A DNA stretch of 63,607 nucleotides, filler included, from Lama guanicoe (GCA_013239625.1; 156 parts of 156 records of this genome joined end to end with filler, not necessarily neighbours in it); one strand, 5' to 3'; counted from the first letter of the whole stretch, positions 1 through 13,052 are shown. A program made the numbers and translations. Notes: generated from the letters alone by a model not told the origin.

Positions 1-816
1 CTCCACTCACCCCAGGACCAAGGGCCCTTCATGCAAATTAGCTACTGTTCTCCGCCCAACCCTGCCCATCCAGGGGCCCAGAGTGTTCCCCTTGTCCAGT
101 GTCACGCCTGCGAAAGTGGCCACTCTGGCCTGGCTCACGACTCCACAGGGACCCTGAGTGGACCCAGTGCTGGGCCCAGGGACCCCTGAGCAGAGACCCG
201 GGACAGGTGTGTTGTCCCAGCTGTGAGCCCCCAGTGTCTCCTGTGCCAGTGCACATAACCTCAATGGTACAAGAACTGAGGACAGAGACAGTTCAGTTGG
301 GATCACCGNNNNNNNNNNNNNNNNNNNNNNNNNNNNNNNNNNNNNNNNNNNNTTAATTAATTAANNNNNNNNNNNNNNNNNNNNNNNNNNNNNNNNNNNN
401 NNNNNNNNTCTTGCCTGTGGGAAGTCATTCTGGTATGGGTGGCAATGGGACCCCTGATAGCTGGTCGTGGACTGTGCTCAGAGAAGCAAAGATGTAGAAG
501 AGCCCTGAGAAGGGAGGGACTGACTGAGGGAAGGAGAGGAGAAGGGAGACTGGAAGAGAGTGATTGATCCAGGATGCCAAAAATGTTAGTGCAAATATGT
601 GCAGGGGACGAATACAAGTATGACGGCAAACACGTGCTGGGGGTAGAATCTGGAGAGACTAAAGGACTTTGCTAAAGCAACGAGCAAACAATATGAAGTC
701 ACCACGAGAGACAGAANNNNNNNNNNNNNNNNNNNNNNNNNNNNNNNNNNNNNNNNNNNNTTAATTAATTAANNNNNNNNNNNNNNNNNNNNNNNNNNNN
801 NNNNNNNNNNNNNNNN

Positions 817-870
817 GCATGCAAGAGGTCCTGGGTTCAATCCCCAGTGCCTCCATTAACTAAAAAATAA
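817..870 (+). mobile_element. tRNA-Ala-derived SINE (camelid Vic-1-like), 3' part with A-rich tail
   Basis: GCATGCAAGAGGTCCTGGGTTCAATCCCCAGTGCCTCCA (B-box GGTTCAATCC) followed by A-rich tail. Confidence 0.85.
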
Positions 871-1737
871 AAGGAGGATAACAATACTGTCCTGTTAATC
901 CCGTGAACACAAGCCCTGCTAGCAATGGAACCAGGCTGTCAAGGGATGTGTCCTTGGTAAGGGATGTGTGTACAAGCATCTTTCTTTTACCAGTGACCTG
1001 CGACAGGGCAGAGAAAGAGCACAAAGGCAGCACCCACTGGCCTGCCTGGTTTTTGGAGAGAATGCAGTTGGATCCTAGCTGTGTGTTGAATTAGAAGCCT
1101 GACCCTCAGGGTACAGCTTTAACNNNNNNNNNNNNNNNNNNNNNNNNNNNNNNNNNNNNNNNNNNNNTTAATTAATTAANNNNNNNNNNNNNNNNNNNNN
1201 NNNNNNNNNNNNNNNNNNNNNNNTATAAGGGAAAGTGCATGGCATTTCAAACCACAAGACCTGGATGGGATCCCAGTTGTTAACTGCCAGGACTAAAACC
1301 ATGCATAAATGTTTATATCCCCTAAGCATATTTCCTATTAAAAATTGGGAGAAGAACATTTATCCGTGACACAGAGTCAAGATCTCTGCCTGAAGCTCTC
1401 TCATTTGAGCACCCTGCACTGCTGCCGTTGGCACGAGTTCCAGGTTACAGATGAGAAAAGAGACACACAGAAGACTCAGGACGTGAACCTGCCTGCTGCC
1501 TTGCCTAGCCCTGACCCATCGGACACAGACCNNNNNNNNNNNNNNNNNNNNNNNNNNNNNNNNNNNNNNNNNNNNTTAATTAATTAANNNNNNNNNNNNN
1601 NNNNNNNNNNNNNNNNNNNNNNNNNNNNNNNTAGGGTAATTGTTTCTTTGCCTTATGCCATTTCAGCATACAAATGGTTTCATAGAAATACTCTATGTCT
1701 ATATCTATATCTATCTGATATATATCCTGCATAGATC

Positions 1738-1939
1738 CTCATACTATTTTCCATAGTGGCTGAACCGGATTACAATCCCACCAATTGCACAAGGGTTCTG
1801 CTTTCTCAGCAACCTCACCAGCACTTGTTACCGCTTATCTTCTTGAAGGTAGCCATTCTTTCAGGTGTGAGATGACATCTTGTTGTTTTCTGATATGCAT
1901 CTCCTTGATGATTACTACTATTGAGGACATCTTTATGTA
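1738..1939 (-). mobile_element. LINE-1 ORF2 3' fragment (degenerate)
   Basis: Antisense L1 motifs TTTTCCATAGTGGCTG..TCCCACCAA..CTCACCAGCACTTG..TAGCCATTCT..GGTGTGAGATGA. Confidence 0.8.
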
Positions 1940-2039
1940 NNNNNNNNNNNNNNNNNNNNNNNNNNNNNNNNNNNNNNNNNNNNTTAATTAATTAANNNNN
2001 NNNNNNNNNNNNNNNNNNNNNNNNNNNNNNNNNNNNNNN

Positions 2040-2344
2040 CCACATGCTCAGTTTTGAGAGTTAAGCGTGTGTGAAAGCCGTCTTTCACATAGCTTGTTGG
2101 GAACACAAAGTTTCTCCCCAGTTTCAAACACCACTACATATAAATATATGGGGATGTACAAGGTCCAACTCGGTTTTACAGTGAAATCTGCAGGAACTTC
2201 AAACTCGCACTAGGAAACAGACTGAGAAGCCAGAGTAACTATTTCACTTGCAACTTGTTCCCTTTGTGCTAGATGGATGAAAGTCTCTCCACATCCTCAG
2301 TTTTGAGAGTTAAGCGTGTGTGAATGCCGTCTTTCACCTAGCTT
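2040..2344. repeat. Tandem satellite fragment, ~249-bp monomer
   Basis: 2040-2095 recurs at 2289-2344 (CCACATGCTCAGTTTTGAGAGTTAAGCGTGTGTGAA..., 3 mismatches in 56 bp), offset 249. Confidence 0.8.
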
Positions 2345-3260
2345 NNNNNNNNNNNNNNNNNNNNNNNNNNNNNNNNNNNNNNNNNNNNTTAATTAATTAA
2401 NNNNNNNNNNNNNNNNNNNNNNNNNNNNNNNNNNNNNNNNNNNNGTTCGTGTTGACACCCCACACCTTCACGTTAGTAGTCCCTAAACCCCGCGTCTGCC
2501 ATGCCGTTTGTGTTTGGGTTGGGAAATCAGGGCAGCCCTGGCAGGTGGGAAGGCGCTGGGCGGACCTGGTACACCTCCGCCGGGTCCTCAAGTCATGGCC
2601 TACTCCCGGGAGGCGTGTGCGGTGCAGTCCCTGGGTTGCGGTGGCGCCCGCGGTTTTACGGGCTGCCCCGTGCGAGCCCTGAATCTGTCCCGTATTCCAT
2701 CGTGGTCTGGGGCGGCCTCTGCGTCCCCATATTTGCGGGGTGCACGTCTCCCNNNNNNNNNNNNNNNNNNNNNNNNNNNNNNNNNNNNNNNNNNNNTTAA
2801 TTAATTAANNNNNNNNNNNNNNNNNNNNNNNNNNNNNNNNNNNNNNNNNNNNCACTTGAATTGAACATTTTCTTGTCCCTGTATTACCTGTAGGTTCTTT
2901 GATATATTTTGCTTTCTGCAAAATAGTAGCTGCAGTAGTGCCTTGGATACAGCAAGATTTAAAGAATTATAAGAAAGCTTTGAAAAATTCAAGCTTTACA
3001 GAGAATTCTGTAGAAAAAAAATCTCTATAGAGAAAAATTCCAGTACAGTATATCTCCAAGAGTTTTCAAAATTTCATAAGACAGTTAAGGTTTGTGAAAG
3101 AGTATTACAAAGGGAAATAAAGAAACGCAGAGAAGAAATGTCTAGACACCAGGAAGATGTNNNNNNNNNNNNNNNNNNNNNNNNNNNNNNNNNNNNNNNN
3201 NNNNTTAATTAATTAANNNNNNNNNNNNNNNNNNNNNNNNNNNNNNNNNNNNNNNNNNNN

Positions 3261-3475
3261 TTTACCCATTCTACCCACCTCCCAGCTATGGCAACCAAAA
3301 ATCAGTTCTTTATATTTTTTACTTTAATTTTTTTTTTTTTAGATTTCACGTGTAAATGAGATCATACAGTATTTGTCTTTCTCTGTCTGACTCATTTTAC
3401 TTAGCATAATGTCCTCAATGTTTGTACATGTCTTCACAAATAGTAGGATTTCCTTCTTTTTAATGGCTGAATATT
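3261..3475 (-). mobile_element. LINE-1 3' region fragment
   Basis: TTAGATTTCACGTGTAAATGAGATCATACAGTATTTGTCTTTCTCTGTCTGAC...TTTAATGGCTGAATA antisense L1 3' consensus. Confidence 0.85.
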
Positions 3476-3476
3476 A

Positions 3477-3506
3477 TAGATAGACAGATAGACAGACAGA
3501 CAGACA
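3477..3506. repeat. (TAGA/CAGA)n microsatellite
   Basis: tagatagacagatagacagacagacagaca. Confidence 0.85.
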
Positions 3507-3799
3507 TTTCCTTTACCAGTTTATCCTGTTTCCTGATATAACTTTTGTACCTGAAAATTAAAAATTGTNNNNNNNNNNNNNNNNNNNNNNNNNNNNNNNN
3601 NNNNNNNNNNNNTTAATTAATTAANNNNNNNNNNNNNNNNNNNNNNNNNNNNNNNNNNNNNNNNNNNNGATGTCTTTCTGTAGTTCACGCTCACATGCGT
3701 TTTCGTTCTGGTACGAACCTCCCGTGTGACTCGGTCACGCAGGGGGTTCCACGTAGGCTCATTCTCGGAGTTACTGGACGCCCGAGGTGCGATCGTTTC

Positions 3800-3900
3800 T
3801 CCTCCTGTCTCCCCACTGGACTCGGGGCTCCTGGAAGAAGGAAAGTGTGCCCGCGTTCTCTCTGGCCCCTCTCCCAGTGCCGGGCAGAAAGGGCACTGCG
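3800..3900 (+). mobile_element. L2 3'-end-like remnant within a CpG-rich fragment
   Basis: TGTCTCCCCACTGGACTCGGGGCTCCTGGAAG...CCCAGTGCCGGGCAGAAAGGGCACT resembles the L2 3' consensus (TGTCTCCCCACTAGACTGTGAGCTCC...CAGTGCCTGGCACATAGTAGGCACT). Confidence 0.5.
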
Positions 3901-4892
3901 TTTTCTGGGTGGGCGAGTCAGCGATGCAAGGGGGTTGTCGAAGGTCGTGCAGTTCTTTCTACAGCTCCAGGAGGAANNNNNNNNNNNNNNNNNNNNNNNN
4001 NNNNNNNNNNNNNNNNNNNNTTAATTAATTAANNNNNNNNNNNNNNNNNNNNNNNNNNNNNNNNNNNNNNNNNNNNGAGGGCAAGGGGAGACAAGAAATG
4101 GGGCTCTGGGAAGTGAGCTGGAGGCCCGTGATGCTTCACTGTACGTTAAGGAGACTGAACTGTGTCCTCAAGGCGAGAGTTCAGTTAAGGAGATGGATGG
4201 ATGCATTACTGTAAACCCAGCCTGAATGATCGCTGCCACGCTAATCCCCGGAGCCAAAGGAGGAAGGTGCCAAACGTGAAAAGTTCCTGCTCAGTCCTTG
4301 AGAGTAAACCTCATATAAATGTTTCCAGTGTGGCTTAGTGTGATTTTCATATAGCACGATCTAGCTGCAAAATACTTTTTGTGGNNNNNNNNNNNNNNNN
4401 NNNNNNNNNNNNNNNNNNNNNNNNNNNNTTAATTAATTAANNNNNNNNNNNNNNNNNNNNNNNNNNNNNNNNNNNNNNNNNNNNCTATTAATAGGATGTC
4501 TGACCATCTAGTGGCTTCTTGTGTCCCTCTGAGTCTTGCACACTGGACTTTTTGGCAGTAGGTCCCTGACACTACACCCACTGAAGCACCCTCCATCCCT
4601 CAGGGCCCCAGCTGTGGAACCTTGCCCCACCCACGGCCCCTTTCTTCCTTTAAACTCTTTCATCTCTGACTCTGACTTCAAGGCTCTGCAGAGGGGCAGG
4701 TGCTGATCTGAGAAGGTCCTGGTACTGGTGGGGATTACCCTGGGGCTTTCTTGGCTACCCTTCCCACTGTAGGATGGTCCCTGCACACACACNNNNNNNN
4801 NNNNNNNNNNNNNNNNNNNNNNNNNNNNNNNNNNNNTTAATTAATTAANNNNNNNNNNNNNNNNNNNNNNNNNNNNNNNNNNNNNNNNNNNN

Positions 4893-5200
4893 ATATTTAA
4901 GAACAGGTATGAAGTTTTCATATTTGCTTCAATTTTTAAATAGCAGAATGTGGAGCTTTCCCCTTCTGACTCAGTGGTTTAGATCCATCCCTAGGCAGGA
5001 GCAAGCAAATACTGCTTCCAAATGACAGGCTTTAGCTACTATTTGAAATGCTTTCTTTGTAGTGAACTGTAGTCACAGAAAATCAGCTGACGGCTGTGTA
5101 TCTGAATATATCTTAGTGGGATTGTGTTCTCTTTAACCACAACTTGGCCATGAATTGTTGAAAGAGATTGAAAATATTTTTGTGTTGAATGATTTAGGAG
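4893..5200 (+). repeat. Duplicated contig (copy A1); reverse complement of 19171-19478
   Basis: Full-length alignment with 49 identical bp at each end and roughly 17 internal differences. Confidence 0.95.
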
Positions 5201-8200
5201 NNNNNNNNNNNNNNNNNNNNNNNNNNNNNNNNNNNNNNNNNNNNTTAATTAATTAANNNNNNNNNNNNNNNNNNNNNNNNNNNNNNNNNNNNNNNNNNNN
5301 GGAACCTGGCCTGCTCGGGCATTTACGGCGGCTGCCGCAGCTTCGTGGGTCCCCACTCTTCCAGGTCATCTGCCAGATGCGGGCTACCAGGGCATCGCGG
5401 CGGCCAGGGGGGGAGCTGCTGCAGGTGGCCAGGAGCCTGGTGTGTGCCCCTCTGGGGTGCAGCCTTCCTGGGGTGGGATTCTGCACCCACTTCCTGGGGT
5501 GAGGGTAGGGGGGCTTTCCTTTCCAGCCAGTGATGCTCAGTCCTGGGTCATCACAGGGAATTTTATGAACAGACTCCTTTTCCCAAACCCCTGTCACACC
5601 TCGGCCCANNNNNNNNNNNNNNNNNNNNNNNNNNNNNNNNNNNNNNNNNNNNTTAATTAATTAANNNNNNNNNNNNNNNNNNNNNNNNNNNNNNNNNNNN
5701 NNNNNNNNCATGTAAAGGCCAATAAGTTCAGGTCAGGGTGACATTATGACAAGGTGTCAGCACCTATGGCTGTACCTGGATTGTGACAGGCGCCTGGGCA
5801 AAGCTTTTTCCATGACCCCTGGCTGGTGCCTGACAAACAGCATCAGTCACCAGAACAGCTGGGCTGAGAGCAGAAGGGAATGCTAAAGGCGGATGTGAAA
5901 GAGCCCCCCAGGCTACCTGCCACTGTGAGCCCCTCAGACACCGTCAGTGGGGAGACCTTCCCAGGCGGAGGCTGCAGAAGGGGATGCGGTTACAGAGTAA
6001 GCTGAGTTCATGCAGGNNNNNNNNNNNNNNNNNNNNNNNNNNNNNNNNNNNNNNNNNNNNTTAATTAATTAANNNNNNNNNNNNNNNNNNNNNNNNNNNN
6101 NNNNNNNNNNNNNNNNGTAGGCTTAGTCCAAAAATATTCATTACAAAAACCAATGAACAGTAGAATTACTATTTTTCCTTATACACCATCAGTGGACTAA
6201 TTCCCTGACCTCTGAGGCCATTTAAAAGAACTTGGGGCTATAAATTCCTTTAGCTTTGTGCTCTCCTGATAAACAACTCTAAACATGTTTTTCATTATTT
6301 ATGTCTCATGACTATTACCATCAACTTAGTTTTAAAATTTGAAAACCACCTGTGTGCCACTACTATGTTACCAGAGCAGTTGGGAATAGAGTTCAGTTAT
6401 TTCCTCTCTGGACACAATGACCAANNNNNNNNNNNNNNNNNNNNNNNNNNNNNNNNNNNNNNNNNNNNTTAATTAATTAANNNNNNNNNNNNNNNNNNNN
6501 NNNNNNNNNNNNNNNNNNNNNNNNAAGCAATTTTAGACTTCCTGGGTATTTTGAGGCCTCCTTATCCAAACCTAGGGTTTATTTGGTGTTCAGGTTTGGG
6601 TGGCCTCCATCTTCCATACAGTGCAACTTTCGATCTTTTTTTGGTATTGTTTTTTTTCCATTTCTCATGCCGTCTTGAGTCTTTATTTCACATTTTCCCA
6701 TCTCATCAGGCTTAGCCTTTGAGATGTGGTCTTCCTTCCCCAATATGCCCCCCAGTCTCCTGTTTCTCCCCATCTTTTTGAGATCTGCACTGTAAATCCA
6801 CTGCACTGGTCTGCAAGTACTACTGGTGGAAANNNNNNNNNNNNNNNNNNNNNNNNNNNNNNNNNNNNNNNNNNNNTTAATTAATTAANNNNNNNNNNNN
6901 NNNNNNNNNNNNNNNNNNNNNNNNNNNNNNNNTTTGTTTGTTTATGTTATGCATTTTTCTTAACAACTGTGTATCTTAATTGTACTTTCAGGATTTTGAT
7001 TATTCAGTCTGTTTAATGGTGAATACTGCCTTCGTAAACACATATCCATGGGACTTTCTAGACCTGCTGTATGATTATAAAACTCAGATTTGAACTTAGA
7101 TTTAATTCTACCTTGTTTTTCTTGGATTTATATTTCATTTTGCTTGGCTTACTTTTTGGGAGTCCTGAGGTGGTAAATTTTCTGAGATCTAATGTGTTCA
7201 AAAAGGATTTTATTTTCCCCTCAAACTGAAATGACAGTTTNNNNNNNNNNNNNNNNNNNNNNNNNNNNNNNNNNNNNNNNNNNNTTAATTAATTAANNNN
7301 NNNNNNNNNNNNNNNNNNNNNNNNNNNNNNNNNNNNNNNNAAAAAAAAATCAAGCGGCTTTATAATGTATTTTCAAGTTATAACTAATTCACTGGGAAGT
7401 TAATGTTGAGAAAATCAATCATTTGAACATTTTTTTCCTGATTTGAAACATTGAAGTTATAAAGAGAAGTGAAAATCAACTATAGATAAAAATGACAGCC
7501 CCCCACTAATAGAGGATTCACTGAGAAAACACGTTAGCATGCCATTTTAATAAGTTATTAGGTTATTCATGTAGTAGGTACAGCCGGCGTGTTATTTCGT
7601 AATTCTGCAGCTGTCTTATCTCAAAACAGATGTTACTTGAGTAAAATCNNNNNNNNNNNNNNNNNNNNNNNNNNNNNNNNNNNNNNNNNNNNTTAATTAA
7701 TTAANNNNNNNNNNNNNNNNNNNNNNNNNNNNNNNNNNNNNNNNNNNNCACTGAGAGCATCTGTGATCTACATTCTCCCAAAATTTCAAAACTATTCATG
7801 TGCCTGCCTCTTCTCAAAAGCGTTCATTCGTCTAAGGGCCCAAGGACGGGATGGGCAATACCCAGCCTCTCACCATGAGACCTGGTGACTTGCACACTTA
7901 CCAACACATGAACAGGAATCTGACCTACGACAGAGACGAGATGCTGTGGGCAGTAACATCTCTCCGTTACCTTCTAGGACCTTATTTCCTTTAGGTCTGA
8001 CCTAATTTAATTTCTCCTATGGCTCCTAACCCTCTGAGTTAAAGTGAATTTTCACANNNNNNNNNNNNNNNNNNNNNNNNNNNNNNNNNNNNNNNNNNNN
8101 TTAATTAATTAANNNNNNNNNNNNNNNNNNNNNNNNNNNNNNNNNNNNNNNNNNNNCTGTTCTTACCTTCAGCTCAGATGAAATCTTGGTGGTGGGGACT

Positions 8201-11200
8201 GGAGACGGCAAGATAAAGTCACCGTCTGACAGTCGTCTGTGTTGACCGTCGGAGGTTCTCGGGTTGGATCCAAGGAGGGCTGATGATCTGCTGGTTGGCT
8301 GGCTATCTTGCACTGAATTACTTAGTATGATGTTTGTAGTTTAACACAGACATGGGATCATTTTGTGACATTTAATGAAAGCACCATGCTATTTTAATAG
8401 CAGTGGCATTCTTCTTACTGGATTCTTTTCTAGTTTGTGTTTTGTTTTATTAGTTTTTTTTTTTNNNNNNNNNNNNNNNNNNNNNNNNNNNNNNNNNNNN
8501 NNNNNNNNTTAATTAATTAANNNNNNNNNNNNNNNNNNNNNNNNNNNNNNNNNNNNNNNNNNNNATTCATTTCTAAAAACATGGGCCTAGTCCTGTATTA
8601 TTAATATTCTATCACAAAAAGTGATGGTTAGAATGACAGTATTATTGGTGTGCACAGAAATAATAAAGATTTTTGCCCTGAGTTGATCATTTTTTTTAAT
8701 GTCAGTGGAAAAAAATCTCAAAAAAACAAAAAACAAAAAACACCCCTCTTTCTTTTTCAACATAAAATTGTAGATGTCCCTGCTTCTTTGCACCACATTT
8801 AACGGAATTAGTTATGTAAGTTGCTGGCCTCTCAGATGTCTGTGGGTGGCTTAATGAGTCAGATTTCCATCANNNNNNNNNNNNNNNNNNNNNNNNNNNN
8901 NNNNNNNNNNNNNNNNTTAATTAATTAANNNNNNNNNNNNNNNNNNNNNNNNNNNNNNNNNNNNNNNNNNNNCAGACAGAGCAGTATTCTTGGTCTCTGG
9001 TGTCCGTTCCTGTGTCAGAACTTGATATGGTCCTGTCCGTCATAGGGACCCAGCCATTCTTTCAGGTTCAGCCCAAACCAGACCTACCCACCTCATCCAG
9101 CATCCCTTGACCACCTGATCAGCACTGATCTCTTCTGTTAGAAATATCATACCACTGTTAGATACTTAACTCTTCTAATCACTCCTTTCTGCTTAGTTAT
9201 GTACACAAATTTAAGCCCTGCTTAATCATCTCAGTTCATGAATTACCAATAAACTGATTTGGTTTAGAAATGTAAGCTTANNNNNNNNNNNNNNNNNNNN
9301 NNNNNNNNNNNNNNNNNNNNNNNNTTAATTAATTAANNNNNNNNNNNNNNNNNNNNNNNNNNNNNNNNNNNNNNNNNNNNCATGGTTTCAGAGATTGTGG
9401 CAATATGTATCATTAAGTACAAACTTGAGGAACCAATACACACTCTCCAGATGAAGTGAAAATGCTTCCGCATGCCTGCTGCCCCTGCTCTGTGGCTCAG
9501 CCTTACGTTTATACGCGTTCTTCACTTTTATTTTTTGCTTTTATTTCCACCAATTAAATTTTTAATCAGTCCAAGATTTATTTAGGAGCATGGTATAACA
9601 TTTGAGAACTTTTTAACCACGTAACTACAAAAACACCACGTCAGTTACTCAGCGAGGCCAGGCTGCTGGCTGACCACTTGCAGGAGGGNNNNNNNNNNNN
9701 NNNNNNNNNNNNNNNNNNNNNNNNNNNNNNNNTTAATTAATTAANNNNNNNNNNNNNNNNNNNNNNNNNNNNNNNNNNNNNNNNNNNNCATCATCATCAG
9801 TAAGCCATATTAGTACTCATGTTTGCTTCTTTCTTGTCTGTCTTAGAGGAAGATGGGCCACCCTCCTCTCCAAGTCTAACTGCTTCAGTTGGGAATTGGA
9901 TCCTTTCCTCTCATGCCCCCTCACAGACCTTATTCTGTCAATTACCCCATCTTTCCTGTATCTCCTGTTGCTTCCTTTCCACTGTTCCTTCACATCACTA
10001 ACAAAATACTCATCTTAAATATCGTAATAAAGACATTGCCTTTAACTATAGCATTCTGACATGGTGTCACATTTCTCCCCTTCCCTTCATTGTCCCNNNN
10101 NNNNNNNNNNNNNNNNNNNNNNNNNNNNNNNNNNNNNNNNTTAATTAATTAANNNNNNNNNNNNNNNNNNNNNNNNNNNNNNNNNNNNNNNNNNNNGCAG
10201 AAACCAGCTTCTGCCCTCAGCGATGCTTTATTGGTAGAAGCAGAGTGTGCTGCCCACCTGCAGGCTCCAGGGAAAGACCGTGGGTGGAGTGGCTAGAGGC
10301 TGGGACTCTGTGGCCCCCGTCATAGGCAGGGGTCAGGGACAGGCTGGGAAATAGAAGAAAGTGGCTGGAAACCTTCCAGATGACTCTTCTTGCCAGGTCC
10401 TGAAGGCCCCTTGTTTGGTTCGCAAGGCCTTGCACCTGGAGCCGATGTGCAACCTAATAGGTAAGAGGCTCCGTTAGGAGGAGGGTTCAGTGCTGCTGGG
10501 AGCCNNNNNNNNNNNNNNNNNNNNNNNNNNNNNNNNNNNNNNNNNNNNTTAATTAATTAANNNNNNNNNNNNNNNNNNNNNNNNNNNNNNNNNNNNNNNN
10601 NNNNTTGTCACCTGTCAAGGGCATGTCTTTGTGTGACTGAGGGTGCTGGGAACGGAAGGCCTGTTAGCAGGACTCGAACACCCTGTTCCTCAGTGGGTGG
10701 GCACTGCTTGTTGACAGCACTCTGCTGAAGGCCTGGCCATGTGCACAAAGGGAGACTCAAGACCCAAAGATCCGGGGAGGGTTTGTTTAGTAATGTGCTC
10801 CCCATCATTTTTCTACTTGGAAGATCAACCAGTGATGAGTTGATTTGTTGGATTTTTTTTCTATTAGACTTTGTCTTCAAAGGCTGCTCAAACTCAAGGT
10901 CTTCTTATTCTCNNNNNNNNNNNNNNNNNNNNNNNNNNNNNNNNNNNNNNNNNNNNTTAATTAATTAANNNNNNNNNNNNNNNNNNNNNNNNNNNNNNNN
11001 NNNNNNNNNNNNGTGTTCACCATTCCCCAGTCAACAAGAGCGTGCCATTTGTAAACCTCAAAGAACAGTGAATTATGACATTATTCTTACAGCTCATTCA
11101 CATGGAGATCTTGGACCTAACAGAGATGCAATGCGCTCCCTGTTGACTCAGGCCTCTTTCGTAAAGGGCTTAACCTTGTGCAACTTAAAAAAATTCAACC

Positions 11201-11449
11201 CGGATATGGGTCAGTATACTATGCAGTGAAGCCTGAAGGGACCATGTCTGAAGGCAGTGTGGTTTAGAGAAGAAATACAGGAGTCCAGAATAAAAAAGGT
11301 CTAAATCAGCAGCTGACATANNNNNNNNNNNNNNNNNNNNNNNNNNNNNNNNNNNNNNNNNNNNTTAATTAATTAANNNNNNNNNNNNNNNNNNNNNNNN
11401 NNNNNNNNNNNNNNNNNNNNAAAAAAAAATAGATACAATGCAAAGAGAT

Positions 11450-11650
11450 AACCATAAGGGTGATAGCAGAGTCCTTATCAGAAATAATTCAAGAGAGGTG
11501 GCAGTGGAGCAACATGTTTCATTAGTAAAAGAAATCATCTCAACCTAAAATTCTAAACCCAACAAAGACAAAAGGTGAAAGCAAAATTAAGGCTTTTTCA
11601 AAACCACAAAAGCTTAAAGAATTTGACAGGAGATTTGTACTGCAAGAAAG
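11450..11650 (+). mobile_element. Old LINE-1 ORF1 C-terminal fragment
   Basis: Degenerate match to ORF1 ADFSSETMEARRQW..IF...QPRILYP...EGEIKTF..KQKL.EF. Confidence 0.65.
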
Positions 11651-13052
11651 AAAAAAATGATACCAGATATTAAAATGAATCTACGCAAAGAAAGCTCCAT
11701 ATGTAATTTACATGTGTAAATGTATATTNNNNNNNNNNNNNNNNNNNNNNNNNNNNNNNNNNNNNNNNNNNNTTAATTAATTAANNNNNNNNNNNNNNNN
11801 NNNNNNNNNNNNNNNNNNNNNNNNNNNNACTCAAGTGAAACAGCACTTCCTCTAAACAATGTACATTCACTTCCTGGACATGATTGCTTTTGCCAAGGGC
11901 TTCTAATTTTCATGAGCTCCGGGCTGCTATCAGTAGCAGTTACAAAATTTTATTGGGCATCTACTGTGTGAAAGAGTCTACAACAAGAATTAAATGAGAG
12001 TTAAGTAATATAAAAAGATGTAGGCAAACATTTTACTCTCAACAGGCTTCAAATCTAAGATAAGAAATACAGCTGTACACAAAAATGTAAGACGACTTTC
12101 ATTAAGTACTAAAATGACATTCACAACAAGAATTACNNNNNNNNNNNNNNNNNNNNNNNNNNNNNNNNNNNNNNNNNNNNTTAATTAATTAANNNNNNNN
12201 NNNNNNNNNNNNNNNNNNNNNNNNNNNNNNNNNNNNTTTTTACCATTTGGTCAATGTATTTATATATTTATTTGTATTTTTTCTTATTAAAATGGGACCA
12301 TGCCAAGGAACTGCTTGAAATCTGCTTTTCCCCTTAACATGCAGGAAGAATTCAAAGCTGGGTAGAGCCTTTGCAAGTCCTCAAAGAGGTTTCTCACTTC
12401 TCTCATACAAAACATGATGTTTGGGGGAAAGAAATCAACACATGGGCTCAGGGCATCTGGATCCTGGTCCCTGTTAAGCAGAGCACTAAATGATAGGACA
12501 TTGTGGGTAAAGACACTTTAATTTTCAGAGCCTCCTGTTTTCCCNNNNNNNNNNNNNNNNNNNNNNNNNNNNNNNNNNNNNNNNNNNNTTAATTAATTAA
12601 NNNNNNNNNNNNNNNNNNNNNNNNNNNNNNNNNNNNNNNNNNNNGGGAACTGAAGACAGTTGACGCCCCACAGACAAGGTCTGAGTGACGACCCTGAATT
12701 CTATCTCTTTGATCTCCCCGGTTTTCCCATGACCACTATCCCGAGCCAAGTGCTTTGGTTTGTGAGTTCAAGGTTTACATTGCTATTCACATGATGCACC
12801 ACGTCTAGTTCCTATGTCTGTTTTCCCCTCAGGGTGCCTCCTTAGAACATTCGATTTTGCTTGGGAACTGAAGAAATGAGACTTTGCAAAGGGACACGTT
12901 AAATAACATGGAATATAAAATACATCTATCTATCACTGGGTGCCTGTCAGCCNNNNNNNNNNNNNNNNNNNNNNNNNNNNNNNNNNNNNNNNNNNNTTAA
13001 TTAATTAANNNNNNNNNNNNNNNNNNNNNNNNNNNNNNNNNNNNNNNNNNNN

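Noticed and set aside
7..306. 99-aa minus-strand ORF ending near a GTGAGT donor-like site
   Set aside because: No recognisable protein; long ORFs are expected in GC-rich DNA
6579..6806. 75-aa Lys/Gly-rich minus-strand ORF, possible pseudogene fragment
   Set aside because: No family recognised and no splice signals; cannot be supported without a search
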